The position numbers were made by a program, and so were the translations under genes. Below are positions 19,941 to 30,400 of a stretch of DNA of 64,000 nucleotides, in pieces. Each line of letters opens with the position of its first letter. Within the stretch, counting starts at the first letter, position 1. Below the pieces are notes generated by a model, which saw nothing but the letters and a program-made list of their open reading frames with translations, ran no database searches and had not been told where the DNA came from. The DNA lies in IMG/VR virus record IMGVR_UViG_3300045988_142422; one strand, 5' to 3'. This DNA is from a virus. Its lineage: Duplodnaviria; Heunggongvirae; Uroviricota; Caudoviricetes.

Positions 19941-20027
19941 GGAGAGTAGGGAGCATGGTGCTCAAGCGGTCTTGAAAACCGTCCCATTGCGCAAGCGATG
20001 ATGGTTCGATTCCATTACTCTCCGCCA
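19941..20027 (+). tRNA. tRNA-Ser (anticodon TGA), long variable arm
   Basis: Acceptor GGAGAGT/ACTCTCC, anticodon loop CTTGAAA, long variable arm, T-loop GGTTCGATTCC, 3' GCCA; D-arm atypical. Confidence 0.7.
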
Positions 20028-20029
20028 GA

Positions 20030-20107
20030 CACAGCGTTGAGCGGTTTGGCCTTTTAATCAACTCGATTAAGACTCCGCTAACATAAACCAGACCGCTCAA
20101 CGCTGTG
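20030..20107. other. Long hairpin: 16-bp perfect inverted repeat CACAGCGTTGAGCGGT with about 46-nt loop, directly after tRNA-Ser
   Basis: Arms 20030-20045 and 20092-20107; shares CACARCGTTGAG core with the 19176 hairpin. Confidence 0.6.
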
Positions 20108-20181
20108 ATAGACAATTACGGCAGACGTTCTTAACCATAGCTTGCTAACATCCTAGCAACACTTTTTTAAGCGCAAAATCC

Positions 20182-20205
20182 AAAGGGGCTTCGGCCCCTT
20201 TTTTG
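20182..20205. terminator. Bidirectional rho-independent terminator
   Basis: GGGGC-TTCG-GCCCC stem-loop flanked by A-run and T-run (AAAGGGGCTTCGGCCCCTTTTTTG). Confidence 0.8.
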
Positions 20206-21114
20206 TTAATGATTGCCTAGATATGATTTTAGTTCTTCTTTAATGATTAGTGAGTATTCTAAAATATCACTTAGTAAAAATTTTGCTCTGTTAAAATACC
20301 CACCAAAAGAACCTAAAATTTCAGATGGTCTTTCTAAGAGCATCACAATATCATCTTCTTGCACTTTAGTAATGTAACTTCTAACAGCTTTTTCTCCAAT
20401 AACTCTTTTCTTACCGTTTATTTCAGATTCATCTAAAACCTTATTTATAAATTTTTCTGTATCATTGAATCGTCCACTATTGTGTACTATTGTATGTCTT
20501 AGTAGTTCAATTAGCTTGATGTTAAAGCGATAGTTTTTGCCAATCTTGTTGTTTGTTTCTATCTCTTTGAAGCCAGGTATTTTATTTCTGAAAATTTTAG
20601 TTATTTTTTTCGATGGGTTACTTTTTGCTTTTAATAATCTGTAATAAACTTCCCTTTTCCCAATTTCATCATCTTCAACCTTACCAAAATCACTTGAGGA
20701 CCATAAATCATTTCGAACACATACAGTATAGACATATATTGCCTCAATATAGTCTTCCAGTAACTCATAGGCTTCAGTAATAACCCACTGATATTGTTTA
20801 TTTTTCAAAGTATTACACAATCTTATCTTTTCTTCTAAATCAATGGCGCTGTTACCTATCTCTAATGTTGAACCTGTATATGGGTTTGAACATAAATGGC
20901 GAGCTAACGTTGTGCCACACTTAATCTTAATAGTTTCATTAATATTAATAATAGTATCTGGATTCTGTGCATACTCCACTTCTTTAAGAAGACGTTTTAT
21001 ATTTTTCTTTGTTGTATCATTTATCTGATTTAAATAGTCAAAAAGTAAAGATATTTCTTCTCTAAATTCGTTGTATTTATTTTCAATCAAAGAATCAGAC
21101 AACTTACCAATCAT
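20206..21114 (-). CDS. AT-rich hypothetical protein with HEPN-like R-x4-H motif (candidate abortive-infection/defence protein)
   Basis: 302 aa, Lys/Asn/Ile-rich, markedly lower GC than flanks; motif LLRHTIVHNSG; isolated on minus strand between tRNA cluster and glutaredoxin. Confidence 0.3.
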   Translation of the reverse strand: MIGKLSDSLIENKYNEFREEISLLFDYLNQINDTTKKNIKRLLKEVEYAQNPDTIININETIKIKCGTTLARHLCSNPYTGSTLEIGNSAIDLEEKIRLCNTLKNKQYQWVITEAYELLEDYIEAIYVYTVCVRNDLWSSSDFGKVEDDEIGKREVYYRLLKAKSNPSKKITKIFRNKIPGFKEIETNNKIGKNYRFNIKLIELLRHTIVHNSGRFNDTEKFINKVLDESEINGKKRVIGEKAVRSYITKVQEDDIVMLLERPSEILGSFGGYFNRAKFLLSDILEYSLIIKEELKSYLGNH

Positions 21115-21287
21115 TAAAACCTCTATAAAATGTACATTTCAAGGCAATCCTTACTGTAATCTATTGTCGTAATCACTTCAATTGTTTACTAGTCAATCAA
21201 TAAGTTACTACATACTTATCAAAAAAATCTGTTTGTAGTATAGTCTGATATGTTCGAATCAATATTTATAAAGGTATTTGTTAAGTT

Positions 21288-21533
21288 ATGACGATCACTA
21301 TCTACGGACGAGATAACTGCTCATACTGCAAACGTGCGGTCGAGCTGGCGAAGCAACTAAAGGGACATGGCTACGGTGATTATGAGTACATCGACATCAC
21401 CACTGCCGGTATCGACAAGGAAAAACTAAGTGAAATTGTTGGTAAACCGGTAGAGACTATCCCCCAGGTGCTGATCGATGGCCAGCCGATTGGCGGATAC
21501 ACAGAACTGGCTGTATACGTCAGCACCCTCTGA
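21288..21533 (+). CDS. Glutaredoxin-like protein
   Basis: 81 aa; redox motif CSYC near N-terminus; size and pattern typical of Grx/NrdH. Confidence 0.7.
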   Translation: MTITIYGRDNCSYCKRAVELAKQLKGHGYGDYEYIDITTAGIDKEKLSEIVGKPVETIPQVLIDGQPIGGYTELAVYVSTL

Positions 21534-21540
21534 TTTTAAC

Positions 21541-21563
21541 GGCTCACAGGAGCCGTTTTTTAT
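21541..21563 (+). terminator. Rho-independent terminator
   Basis: CGGCTC-ACAG-GAGCCG followed by TTTTTTA. Confidence 0.7.
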
Positions 21564-21743
21564 TCCCACCAAACCACTCCTGTTTCCCTTAAAATTCAAA
21601 AAACAACGTCTAAATGATTCCATACCTACTATGTATGGAATCATTGCTGAAAATGAGTTACTTTTACTCTTGATCCTATAAGAATCTATGCCTAATATAC
21701 TGTTTACTTATACAGTGCATCGGCGTAACTCGGTGATTGTCAT

Positions 21744-22847
21744 ATGAAAAATAGCTTTGACAGAGCACGCGCTGCGGAGAACACCTCAAAAGAGGCGATA
21801 GAGTATCTCGAAAGAGCATCTCAAATGCAGGCCGTTATGATCTCCCAGGTCAGCAATGACATGAGATTCTCGGACGCATTCATGTTATTCACTCGCTTAT
21901 CTCTGCTGATAACCAGACGTCGGCCAGAGATCGCTGTTCATTGTATTTTGATACATGTTTTGCCGCACATTGCCGATGTAAAAGTAAGTGACATTAATAG
22001 GTTCATGGTGAACCAACTGGTCAACCCACTAATACTGGATGGCAAAATTGTTATGGGCCGCCGCGTTTTCTCTCTGATGAAGCAGTTCCTTAGCTGGTGC
22101 GCCTTCCAGGGGATGATAGACGTGTCACCGTTAAACGATATGTCACTTAACAAAGTTGCCGGTGGCGCAAAGCCCACACCTCGCGAGCGGAAGCTGACCG
22201 ACGCAGAGGTATGGGTGTTCTGGAATATATGGGACTACTTCAATGTGTGTGCTGGTACAAAATGGGCGGCCAGGCTATGTCTTGTATCCGCAAGACGACC
22301 TGACGAAGTACTGCGGGCTAAAAAAAGTGAGTTCAATCTTAAGCGTGGGGTTTGGAATCAAGGCAAGAGGAACAAATCTGCCCGTGAGCATTCTCTGCCT
22401 TTAAGCTCATTAATGCGCACTTGTATTGAAGAGTTGTTCGAATATGGTAAAGACAGCCAGTGGCTCGTGCCTTCGAATAAAAAAATCGGGAAAGACCTTC
22501 CTATGTCTAAAGTGGCAATAGCCCAGGCATTACGTCGTATTCTGGAACGACCAGAACTGATGGAGCTTGAGCCATTTACACCCCGAGATTTGCGCCGTAC
22601 TGCGCGTAGTTACTTCCCAGCATTAGGCATAAGCCAGGAGGTATCACGTAAAATCATGAACCACAGTCTTGAGGGGATAGATCGGGTCTACGACCGGCAC
22701 GATTATATGGACGAGATGCGAGACGCCTTAGAAAGTTTCTCGACGTACATCGCATCAATCGTAGAGCAACCGGATTTAGACGAAATTGACCACAAATTTA
22801 AGGGAGATCGTCTATCAACAGAGCTTATTCGTGTAAATTTTTCATAG
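21744..22847 (+). CDS. Tyrosine recombinase (integrase or resolvase)
   Basis: C-terminal catalytic region DLRRTARSYF...HSLEGIDRVYDRHDY with R..H..Y signature. Confidence 0.7.
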   Translation: MKNSFDRARAAENTSKEAIEYLERASQMQAVMISQVSNDMRFSDAFMLFTRLSLLITRRRPEIAVHCILIHVLPHIADVKVSDINRFMVNQLVNPLILDGKIVMGRRVFSLMKQFLSWCAFQGMIDVSPLNDMSLNKVAGGAKPTPRERKLTDAEVWVFWNIWDYFNVCAGTKWAARLCLVSARRPDEVLRAKKSEFNLKRGVWNQGKRNKSAREHSLPLSSLMRTCIEELFEYGKDSQWLVPSNKKIGKDLPMSKVAIAQALRRILERPELMELEPFTPRDLRRTARSYFPALGISQEVSRKIMNHSLEGIDRVYDRHDYMDEMRDALESFSTYIASIVEQPDLDEIDHKFKGDRLSTELIRVNFS

Positions 22848-23228
22848 AGACTTTATGGCCTCAACAACCTTTTGTGATGCGCCTTTCTCTTTACCGAATC
22901 GCTCGTTATATGCAGCAAGAACCTGTTTTTCGTCCTCGTTAAGAGGAGCAGTGCCTTCTTTGTATAAAAATGCTGCGAGTTCGGGTTGGCGTTCTTCCAG
23001 CACCATCATCATAAGACGACTTGGCTCAATGCCCAGTGCCAGCGCCAGCGGACGAACCTTATCGATAGGCAAAGGAATTTTGCCGCTTTTAATTAAAGAA
23101 AGGTTGTTGGCGTTTTTATACCCAATTGTTTTGGCTATCTGGGCCTGGCTCATAGGTGAGGATTCAATCAACCCTGCGATAAAAGCAGCGTAGCGACTTT
23201 CTATAAATTCAATCTTGTTATCAGACAT
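22842..23228 (-). CDS. HTH (XRE-family) transcriptional regulator, candidate repressor
   Basis: Helix-turn-helix MSQAQIAKTIGYKNANNLSLIKSGK; divergent from downstream plus-strand genes across a 560-bp AT-rich intergenic region. Confidence 0.6.
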   Translation of the reverse strand: MSDNKIEFIESRYAAFIAGLIESSPMSQAQIAKTIGYKNANNLSLIKSGKIPLPIDKVRPLALALGIEPSRLMMMVLEERQPELAAFLYKEGTAPLNEDEKQVLAAYNERFGKEKGASQKVVEAIKSL

Positions 23229-23479
23229 GGTTACAACCTTTGCGCGTTCAATTCTCTCTGGTAAGTGCTTACCGATATTACATCAAAGGTTAGGGTTGTA
23301 AAGCTATTATCATTTTTTTCGATAGGCACTTAAAAGACCGGTTAAAGGCCATTGCACGGAGAAAAATTAGCCCAAAATAGGTAAGAAAATCAACTTGCAT
23401 ATGATATGAATGTATTCAGTATTGATACAAATTTTAGTAGTATTCCTTACCATAGTATAAGTTAGAATGGATTGATTGA

Positions 23480-23692
23480 ATGAACACCACTATTTCCAGC
23501 CTAATCGCTCTTGAGATCGGACACGTACAGAAATTAGCTGATGAGTGTGTAGCTGACATCCTCACCGATCTACCGAATGAGCAGATTCAGGTTGGTGTGA
23601 ATGACACAACTGGCTTTATATTCGAACTTAACAACAAACGCTTCACGCTTCTCAATACCGGCTCCGGGTCTTTAGCCGTCAGAATCTGTTAA
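23480..23692 (+). CDS. Hypothetical small protein
   Basis: 70 aa ORF in divergent control region. Confidence 0.35.
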   Translation: MNTTISSLIALEIGHVQKLADECVADILTDLPNEQIQVGVNDTTGFIFELNNKRFTLLNTGSGSLAVRIC

Positions 23693-23790
23693 CCCCTCTT
23701 CTCCCTGCGCGAATGGCTTAGTTCCCTGTTCGCGCAGTGCTACATTAAACACACTAGTAAATAATTTGTTTTCATAACAAAGGATTAGCC

Positions 23791-25899
23791 ATGTCTAAAA
23801 AACGTTCCATCAAAGAGGTTCAGGACTTCCGTGACAGTGTAAAACGAGTAGTCGCTCTCCTTTCAGGTAAAAACATCCCTGTTGCAGAACGAGGGGACGA
23901 CGCTTATGTACGCTATAACGATGATGGAGAGCCAATTCTCGTAAACATCCCATCAATCCCGGATAACGCAACACCGGCATTGATGAATGCTGTGCGCGGA
24001 TTTCTCGATCATGAGGTTGCTCACATTTTGTTTACCGATATTCGTGTGTCCAACAAAATGAGAGAAAAAGGACGCGTTCCTTCCTGGTCGCTATGGAATG
24101 CCTTAGAAGACGTGTTCATCGAGCGAAAAATGGGTCAGGTCTTTAACGGAACAAGACGTAATCTGATGGCAACTCAGCGCCTTATAATCGAAAAAGTCTT
24201 TAAACCAAAGGCTTCAGAGGCTATTGCTTATTGTGGCAAAGATCAGCGCGCGCTTTTTCTAAACTTCTTTCTCTGTCCGGTTGTAAGAGCCTGGGATGGC
24301 CAAGCACCGTTCGTAGATTTCATGGATGAATATTGGCCTGTCATTGAGAAACCAATTTCATTATTAAAAGAACATGGTATCGATGTGGCCGTGCGTAACA
24401 TGTCTTGCACCGAGGATTGTGTAAAGGTGGCTGCGACCATAGCTAAGATCCTCAAAGACACTGAAAGTGAAAGCAAAGGTAAGGAGTCAGCTCCGGGAAA
24501 AACTTCCGATCCTTCAGACGCTGACCAGACGGATGCCTCTGGAGAAAACAATGAAGACAACGAAGATCATGAGACACCCTCATCGTTAGATAATCACAAA
24601 TCTATTAAATCAGAGTCACATAGTAAGCACAAACATGATAATAACGACAGTGATGATTCAGATAATCCTGAATCATCAGAAACAATATTCGATGATACAG
24701 AAAATGATAAAGCGGTATCAGATTCTGATGCTTCTGATAACGCGGCGTCAGAATCATTAACCGCTGACCACGAAAAAAGAAAAACGACAGAAGACGGCTC
24801 TTCAGACATTCCAACTCCGTCAAAAATGAGTCTGGAAGAGGCTTTAGAGGAGTTGGATAGCATGGAAGATGAAGTCGGAGGCATGACAGAAGATGCGCTA
24901 TCCGAAACGATTAAAAGCGAGTTAACAGAAAGCTCGAAAAGCGAATACAGGCCATACAATCGCTCATACGACTTCATCGGCTCGATTGATCAGGCAGAAG
25001 CCCATATCAAACGGCTTATTAAAACATTCTCCGATATTGATTTAGGTGGATATCCAATCAGCCGTTATCGCATCGTTCCTGAAGGCAACCAACTCTTCGA
25101 CAAATATATTGAAAAGCACCTTTCGTCAGGTGTTTCGTCGACGCTGGCAAAAGACCTGGAACGTGCAATAGCAAGCAGAAACAGAGTTCAGTTTATACCT
25201 GGCCAGCGTCGGGGGCGCATTCATGGTTCAAGTATCTACAGATTAACAATGAATGATGATCGCGTGTTTCGTAAAAAAGAAGAATCTAAAGCCGTTAACG
25301 CCTGTGTTCAACAAGTGATTGATTTATCGGGTTCAATGAGTGGCGAAACGATAAAACTAGCTCTTGCAAGTGCATATACCATCGCCGATGCACTTGATCG
25401 AATAAATGTTCCCAACATTATCACCGGCTTCACTACATTTGGCAGTCATATGGCAGCAGGAGAACTTAAGGCTATCAAATATGAGTTCTCTCGCTTTGAA
25501 TCTTTAATGCTACCTATCATCAAAAATTGGAATGAAAAAGCAAATTCTCGCGAAGTTCGCTCACGTATGGGGTGCGTAGGCTACACATTCCCACTTCTTA
25601 ATAACGTGGATGGTGAAAGCATAGCCAGCCTTGCATCGTTATTTTCCGGTCGCTTGGAGGACAGGAAGATCATGCTTGTTCTGAGCGATGGCGCGCCGTG
25701 GGCTGTTGGGAGAGGTTTTGACGCCCATTTGCGTTCGGTTACGAAGCAAATTGAAACGCAGACTGACATTGATTTGATGGCAATTGGCATCATGACTGAT
25801 GCACCGGAGAGATTTTACGCAAATCATGCCCTGGTAACTAGTGTTGATAGTCTTGGTTCATCTGTAGTTACTGAACTATCTCGTATCATTTTGAAGTAA
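23791..25899 (+). CDS. CobT-like vWA-domain protein with long acidic linker
   Basis: 702 aa; C-terminal MIDAS-like VIDLSGSMSG; central Asp/Glu/Ser-rich region; paired with downstream AAA+ ATPase. Confidence 0.5.
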   Translation: MSKKRSIKEVQDFRDSVKRVVALLSGKNIPVAERGDDAYVRYNDDGEPILVNIPSIPDNATPALMNAVRGFLDHEVAHILFTDIRVSNKMREKGRVPSWSLWNALEDVFIERKMGQVFNGTRRNLMATQRLIIEKVFKPKASEAIAYCGKDQRALFLNFFLCPVVRAWDGQAPFVDFMDEYWPVIEKPISLLKEHGIDVAVRNMSCTEDCVKVAATIAKILKDTESESKGKESAPGKTSDPSDADQTDASGENNEDNEDHETPSSLDNHKSIKSESHSKHKHDNNDSDDSDNPESSETIFDDTENDKAVSDSDASDNAASESLTADHEKRKTTEDGSSDIPTPSKMSLEEALEELDSMEDEVGGMTEDALSETIKSELTESSKSEYRPYNRSYDFIGSIDQAEAHIKRLIKTFSDIDLGGYPISRYRIVPEGNQLFDKYIEKHLSSGVSSTLAKDLERAIASRNRVQFIPGQRRGRIHGSSIYRLTMNDDRVFRKKEESKAVNACVQQVIDLSGSMSGETIKLALASAYTIADALDRINVPNIITGFTTFGSHMAAGELKAIKYEFSRFESLMLPIIKNWNEKANSREVRSRMGCVGYTFPLLNNVDGESIASLASLFSGRLEDRKIMLVLSDGAPWAVGRGFDAHLRSVTKQIETQTDIDLMAIGIMTDAPERFYANHALVTSVDSLGSSVVTELSRIILK

Positions 25900-25994
25900 T
25901 TAAAACAACCTTAATGATAAGTAACTACTTACCATAGTTAATGGTATATTTATATAAGAACTTGAACGCTCATTAGAGAACAAAGGAAAAGCGC

Positions 25995-27230
25995 ATGACT
26001 ACTACTGCACTGCAAAATGATAAAAATCCTTCTGATTACCTTGTTTGCAAGTGGTGCGGCAAATCATTTCACTATTTTAAGTCCCATGTAACCAATGGTA
26101 ATTGCGAGGGCATTCCTGAGTCAGTAAAAGATGCCGATCCTGACACCGTACTGAAAATGTACACAACGCAGTTTCCAGATGAACCAACGCTATCGAAAAA
26201 GGCACTTGATGCAATTCAAGCTAAACGTGCCGAGCAAAAAAGCGAAATGGCCAAATCTTCTGGCTTGACCAGTAGCCCAGGCTACACAGGCACAGTTGAG
26301 TACAAGACAGATCTGGTCGCAGCTCACGAACTGCTAAACGTAACGGTGGAAGAACTCGGAACAAAACGTGGGACGCCGCTCATGGTTAGCGTCAACGTCA
26401 ATACGCCGTATCCAGAGTTCGTTCCAGAAGTGAAGAAGGGCTACGTATATGGCGACTTCGAACTGATCAAAGATATTTTCATGATGCTTGAACTTGGCAT
26501 ACCTGGCTATTTGTGGGGTCATGCAGGAACAGGCAAATCGTCATTGCCTACACAGCTATGTGCTTTGCTCAATCGTCCGTTGATCCGTGCCCAACATACA
26601 GCATCAATGGAAGAGGCACATGTTACGGGGCAAATTCTGGCGCGTGATGGCTCTACGTATTTCGAGCCTGGCTTGCTTGCGCTCGCAATGAAGCATGGCT
26701 GGGTTTACCTCGCGGATGAATACGACTTTGCGTTTCCACAAATTCTTGGCGTGTATCAGCCAGTGCTGGAAGGTGAGGCGTTGGTCATCAAAGAGGCAAC
26801 TCCAGAATGGCGTCGCATTACTCCGCATGAACGGTTTGCTTTCATTGGCACTGGCAACACAAACGGTTCTGGTGATGAAACCGGCTTGTACCAGGGTACA
26901 AACATCCAGAACGCCGCGAACTTTTCACGTTTTGGCATCGTTTCGAATGTGAAATACATGAGCAAAGAGGCAGAGATCAACATGTTGATAAATGCCGGCA
27001 TCGTGGATGAATACGCTGAAAAGATGGTTAAGTTTGCCGGTATCGTTCGCGATGGATATGAAGAACACCTTATCAGCCAGCCAATTGGGCCTCGTGAGCT
27101 TTTGTTGTCGGCCAAGATTGGAATGATGCGAGGCGACTTTGTGACAGGTATTGAGCGTTCTTTCATTAACAAACTCCCTTCAGCTTCTGCGCAAGCGGCT
27201 CGTGAAGTTGTTCAAAAAATATTTGGTTAA
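25995..27230 (+). CDS. CobS/MoxR-like AAA+ ATPase
   Basis: Walker A GHAGTGKSSL, Walker B-like VYLADEYDFA; N-terminal Cys/His cluster CKWCGKSFHY. Confidence 0.6.
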   Translation: MTTTALQNDKNPSDYLVCKWCGKSFHYFKSHVTNGNCEGIPESVKDADPDTVLKMYTTQFPDEPTLSKKALDAIQAKRAEQKSEMAKSSGLTSSPGYTGTVEYKTDLVAAHELLNVTVEELGTKRGTPLMVSVNVNTPYPEFVPEVKKGYVYGDFELIKDIFMMLELGIPGYLWGHAGTGKSSLPTQLCALLNRPLIRAQHTASMEEAHVTGQILARDGSTYFEPGLLALAMKHGWVYLADEYDFAFPQILGVYQPVLEGEALVIKEATPEWRRITPHERFAFIGTGNTNGSGDETGLYQGTNIQNAANFSRFGIVSNVKYMSKEAEINMLINAGIVDEYAEKMVKFAGIVRDGYEEHLISQPIGPRELLLSAKIGMMRGDFVTGIERSFINKLPSASAQAAREVVQKIFG

Positions 27231-27232
27231 TC

Positions 27233-27436
27233 GTGCGTAAAGGATGTTTCGGCTCTCTTATCGCTGCTTCTGAAACTGGCAAGGCTTGTCTGGGGTGTCC
27301 AGACAAGCCCGATTGTCACCAATCAGCAAAAGAAGTTGCGATTTCGATGTATGGGAAGTTCGTAGGCTTCCCCAATGACAAAATCAAAAAAACCAGAAAG
27401 GTAAAAACACATGAAGGCACTGATGGTTCGAACTGA
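27233..27436 (+). CDS. Small Cys-rich protein (possible zinc ribbon)
   Basis: GTG start; 67 aa; CLGCPDKPDC; overlaps dnaE start region. Confidence 0.3.
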   Translation: MRKGCFGSLIAASETGKACLGCPDKPDCHQSAKEVAISMYGKFVGFPNDKIKKTRKVKTHEGTDGSN

Positions 27437-30400
27437 CTTCTCACTTGGGGAGTCGGCTCTAAAAGCAGAAAACGCGGTGAAGATTGCCAGAGAAGCTGGC
27501 TACACCGCTGTAATTTCAGCAGATAGCATGAATATTGCGAGCGTTATTCCACTACAACGTGCCGCTGGTGACGACATGGCGATTATTTGTGGTGTGAAAC
27601 TAAACATTGTTGATGATCCCACATACGAGCACCGGGCTAAACTTGCTAAAGAATCTATGAGATGTATGGAATCATTAGAGCGGGGACGTAACTACTCGTT
27701 TACCGCTCTAATTAAAAATGAGCAAGGATATCGCGACATCTGCGAACTAATGACGGCGGCCAACACACGAGAACAGTTCTACTTTGTACCGCGTCTCTCG
27801 CTCGAACAGTTGGTTTCTACATATGCCAAAGGCAACATCATCCTGCTTACTTCCGACATCGGTAGCGTGTTCCAACGCAACGATTTTGCAAAAATCATAA
27901 GCACACTGATTACAGCGGGTGGAAAAGACAACTTCTATAGTGTGGTTTATCCGCACCCTACCCCATTCTACGACCAGATTAACGTCCGGGCGATGAAAGT
28001 CGCCAGCGCATTGAAAATAGAGCCAGTGGCGTTCTATCCCGCTTATTACGAATCGATCGACGATGCAGACATTAAAGACATTGCGCACATGGTTACGAAC
28101 AACATCAAAATCGACCAGCCGCATCGTCTGCGTATCCCCCACCAGCGAGATAACGCCGTCAATGGTCGCCGCCATCTCCTTGAGGCGCTTAAAGCCTTCT
28201 CCGTTCGCATGGATGTGCCGGTAACAGCTGCAATGGCCTCAACAACGCAGGATACCATTATCGATTCCTGCACATGGCGCTGGCATGAATTGCCACCAGC
28301 ACTGCCCAAGATGGCAGACGACGAACCTGCAACGCTGATGAAACTGGCTGTTGCAGGGCTGCGTAAACGTCTTACCACAAAAGAGTTTGGATACACACCG
28401 CCTGCTTCTGAGAACAGGGTTTATGTTGAGCGGCTAAAGTACGAAATGGACACGCTGACTCGCCTGGGATTCTGTGGTTACTTCCTGATGGTGCGCGATC
28501 TGATGAATCATAGTCGTGAAACTGGCATTCCCGTTGGGCCTGGTCGTGGTTCCTCTGCCGGTTCTCTGGTGGCGTGGTGCATAGGCATAACCAACGTCGA
28601 CCCAATCCGTCACGGTCTTCTGTTTGAGCGTTTCATCAACCCTGAGCGTCTCGACTTGCCGGATGCGGACTTGGACTTCAGCCAGGCACGTCGCCATGAG
28701 GTGATCGAGTATCTGAATGAACGCTACGGCGAAGATTACGTTGCGGGTATTCCGAACTTCACCTACCTGGGCGCCGCTTCTGCGCTGCGAGACACTGCGC
28801 GTATTTACGGTGTCGACGCTGCGGATATGGCGGTATCCAAAGAGTTCAAGAATCTGGAAGACGATAGCCTGTCTCTGGAAGAGCTGCGCGAGCAACTGGC
28901 CAGCCTGGACAAATACGCCACGAAAAACCCGGAAGCGTTCAAAGCGGCGTGTAAGCTGCAAAGCCTGATGCGTGGTTTTGGTCGTCACGCTGCGGGGATG
29001 ATCGTCGCTGGCGTTCCACTGGTAGAGCGCACGCCCGTCGAGCTGCGTGGCAACGCTCGCTGTATTGCGTTCGATAAACGTTACTGCGAGGCGATGGGGC
29101 TGATTAAGCTGGACGTTCTCGGTCTGGCAACGCTCGATCTGCTGGATAGCGCGAAACGCTACATCAAAGAGAGTACCGGGGAAGACATCAATCTCGATGC
29201 TATTCCACTGGACGATCGTAAGGTTCTGGATGGGTTCGCTGCAGGGTACACGCAGGGCGTATTCCAGCTGGAGTCCGGCCCCATGCGCAAGCTGCTTAAA
29301 GATTTAGGTGGTGGAATTGAGCCAATGAGCTTTAAAACGGTCGTCGCTACAACTGCGCTCTTCCGGCCGGGGCCAATTCAATCAGGAATGTTGGATGACT
29401 ATGTTTCTGTCGCCAAAGGCTTTATGACGCCGGAATCATTACACCCCGTTCTTGATGAACTTACCGCGGAAACAAATGGCGTGATTCTCTATCAGGAACA
29501 GACGATGAACGCGACTCGATTGCTTGCCGGCTTCACAATGGCTGAAGCTGACGCTGTGCGTTCCGCAATCGGTAAGAAGAACATGGAAAAAATGAAGAGC
29601 ATGGGCGAGAAGTTCATCGTTCAGGCTCAAGCTGGCTGGATAGACGTTGAGCTGGAAGATGGCACTACACAGCGCATTCACCGTGCGGAACATTTTAAAT
29701 GCGAAGACGGAACTCTGAAAACTGTCGAAGAGGCACTTGAGCACGGCGCAAAACTACCTATAAACGCAGTACGCGTTACAGCGTCACATCCAGGGCTATC
29801 AGAGATGAAAGCGAAGGAGATCTGGACCGCATTTGAGAAAAACGGAGCCTATCAGTTCAATAAATCACACTCCGTTGCTTATTCTTTAATCAGTTATCAG
29901 TCTATGTGGCTAAAGACGCACTACCCTGCTGAGTTCTTCGCAGCTGCGCTCACCATTCTGGGCGAGGATAAGCATCAGGGGCTGGTGAAGGATGCGCTGA
30001 CCTATGGCATTCGCGTATTGCCACCAGACGTTAATGTGTCATCTAACCGAATTGAGATCCGCACACTCGAAGACGGCAGTCAGGCACTGTATGCGCCATT
30101 CTCTGCTGTGAAAGGCTGTTCTGAAAATGGTTGTCAGGCAATTATGCGTGCGCGTGAGAAAGTTGGTGGCAAATTCGAGTCAGTGGCACAATTCGATGAA
30201 GCGGTCGAGAAGCGTGCATGTAACAGTCGTGTACGCGAGTCGCTTCATAAAGTAGGGGCTTTTGCGTCAATTGAGCCAGGCAGTCTGCCAGCAACTGATC
30301 CTGAACGACTGCGCGACCAGGCTGAGCTGATGGGCAATCTCATCATTGACGCTGTTAAAGCATCACGTCCGTTCGAAATGAATCCTAAGCGTTCTGCCGA

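Noticed and set aside
19590-20115. ORFs 19590..19886 (plus) and 19834..20115 (minus)
   Set aside because: They overlap the tRNA-Asn, tRNA-Thr and tRNA-Ser genes and the long hairpins; no coding signal.
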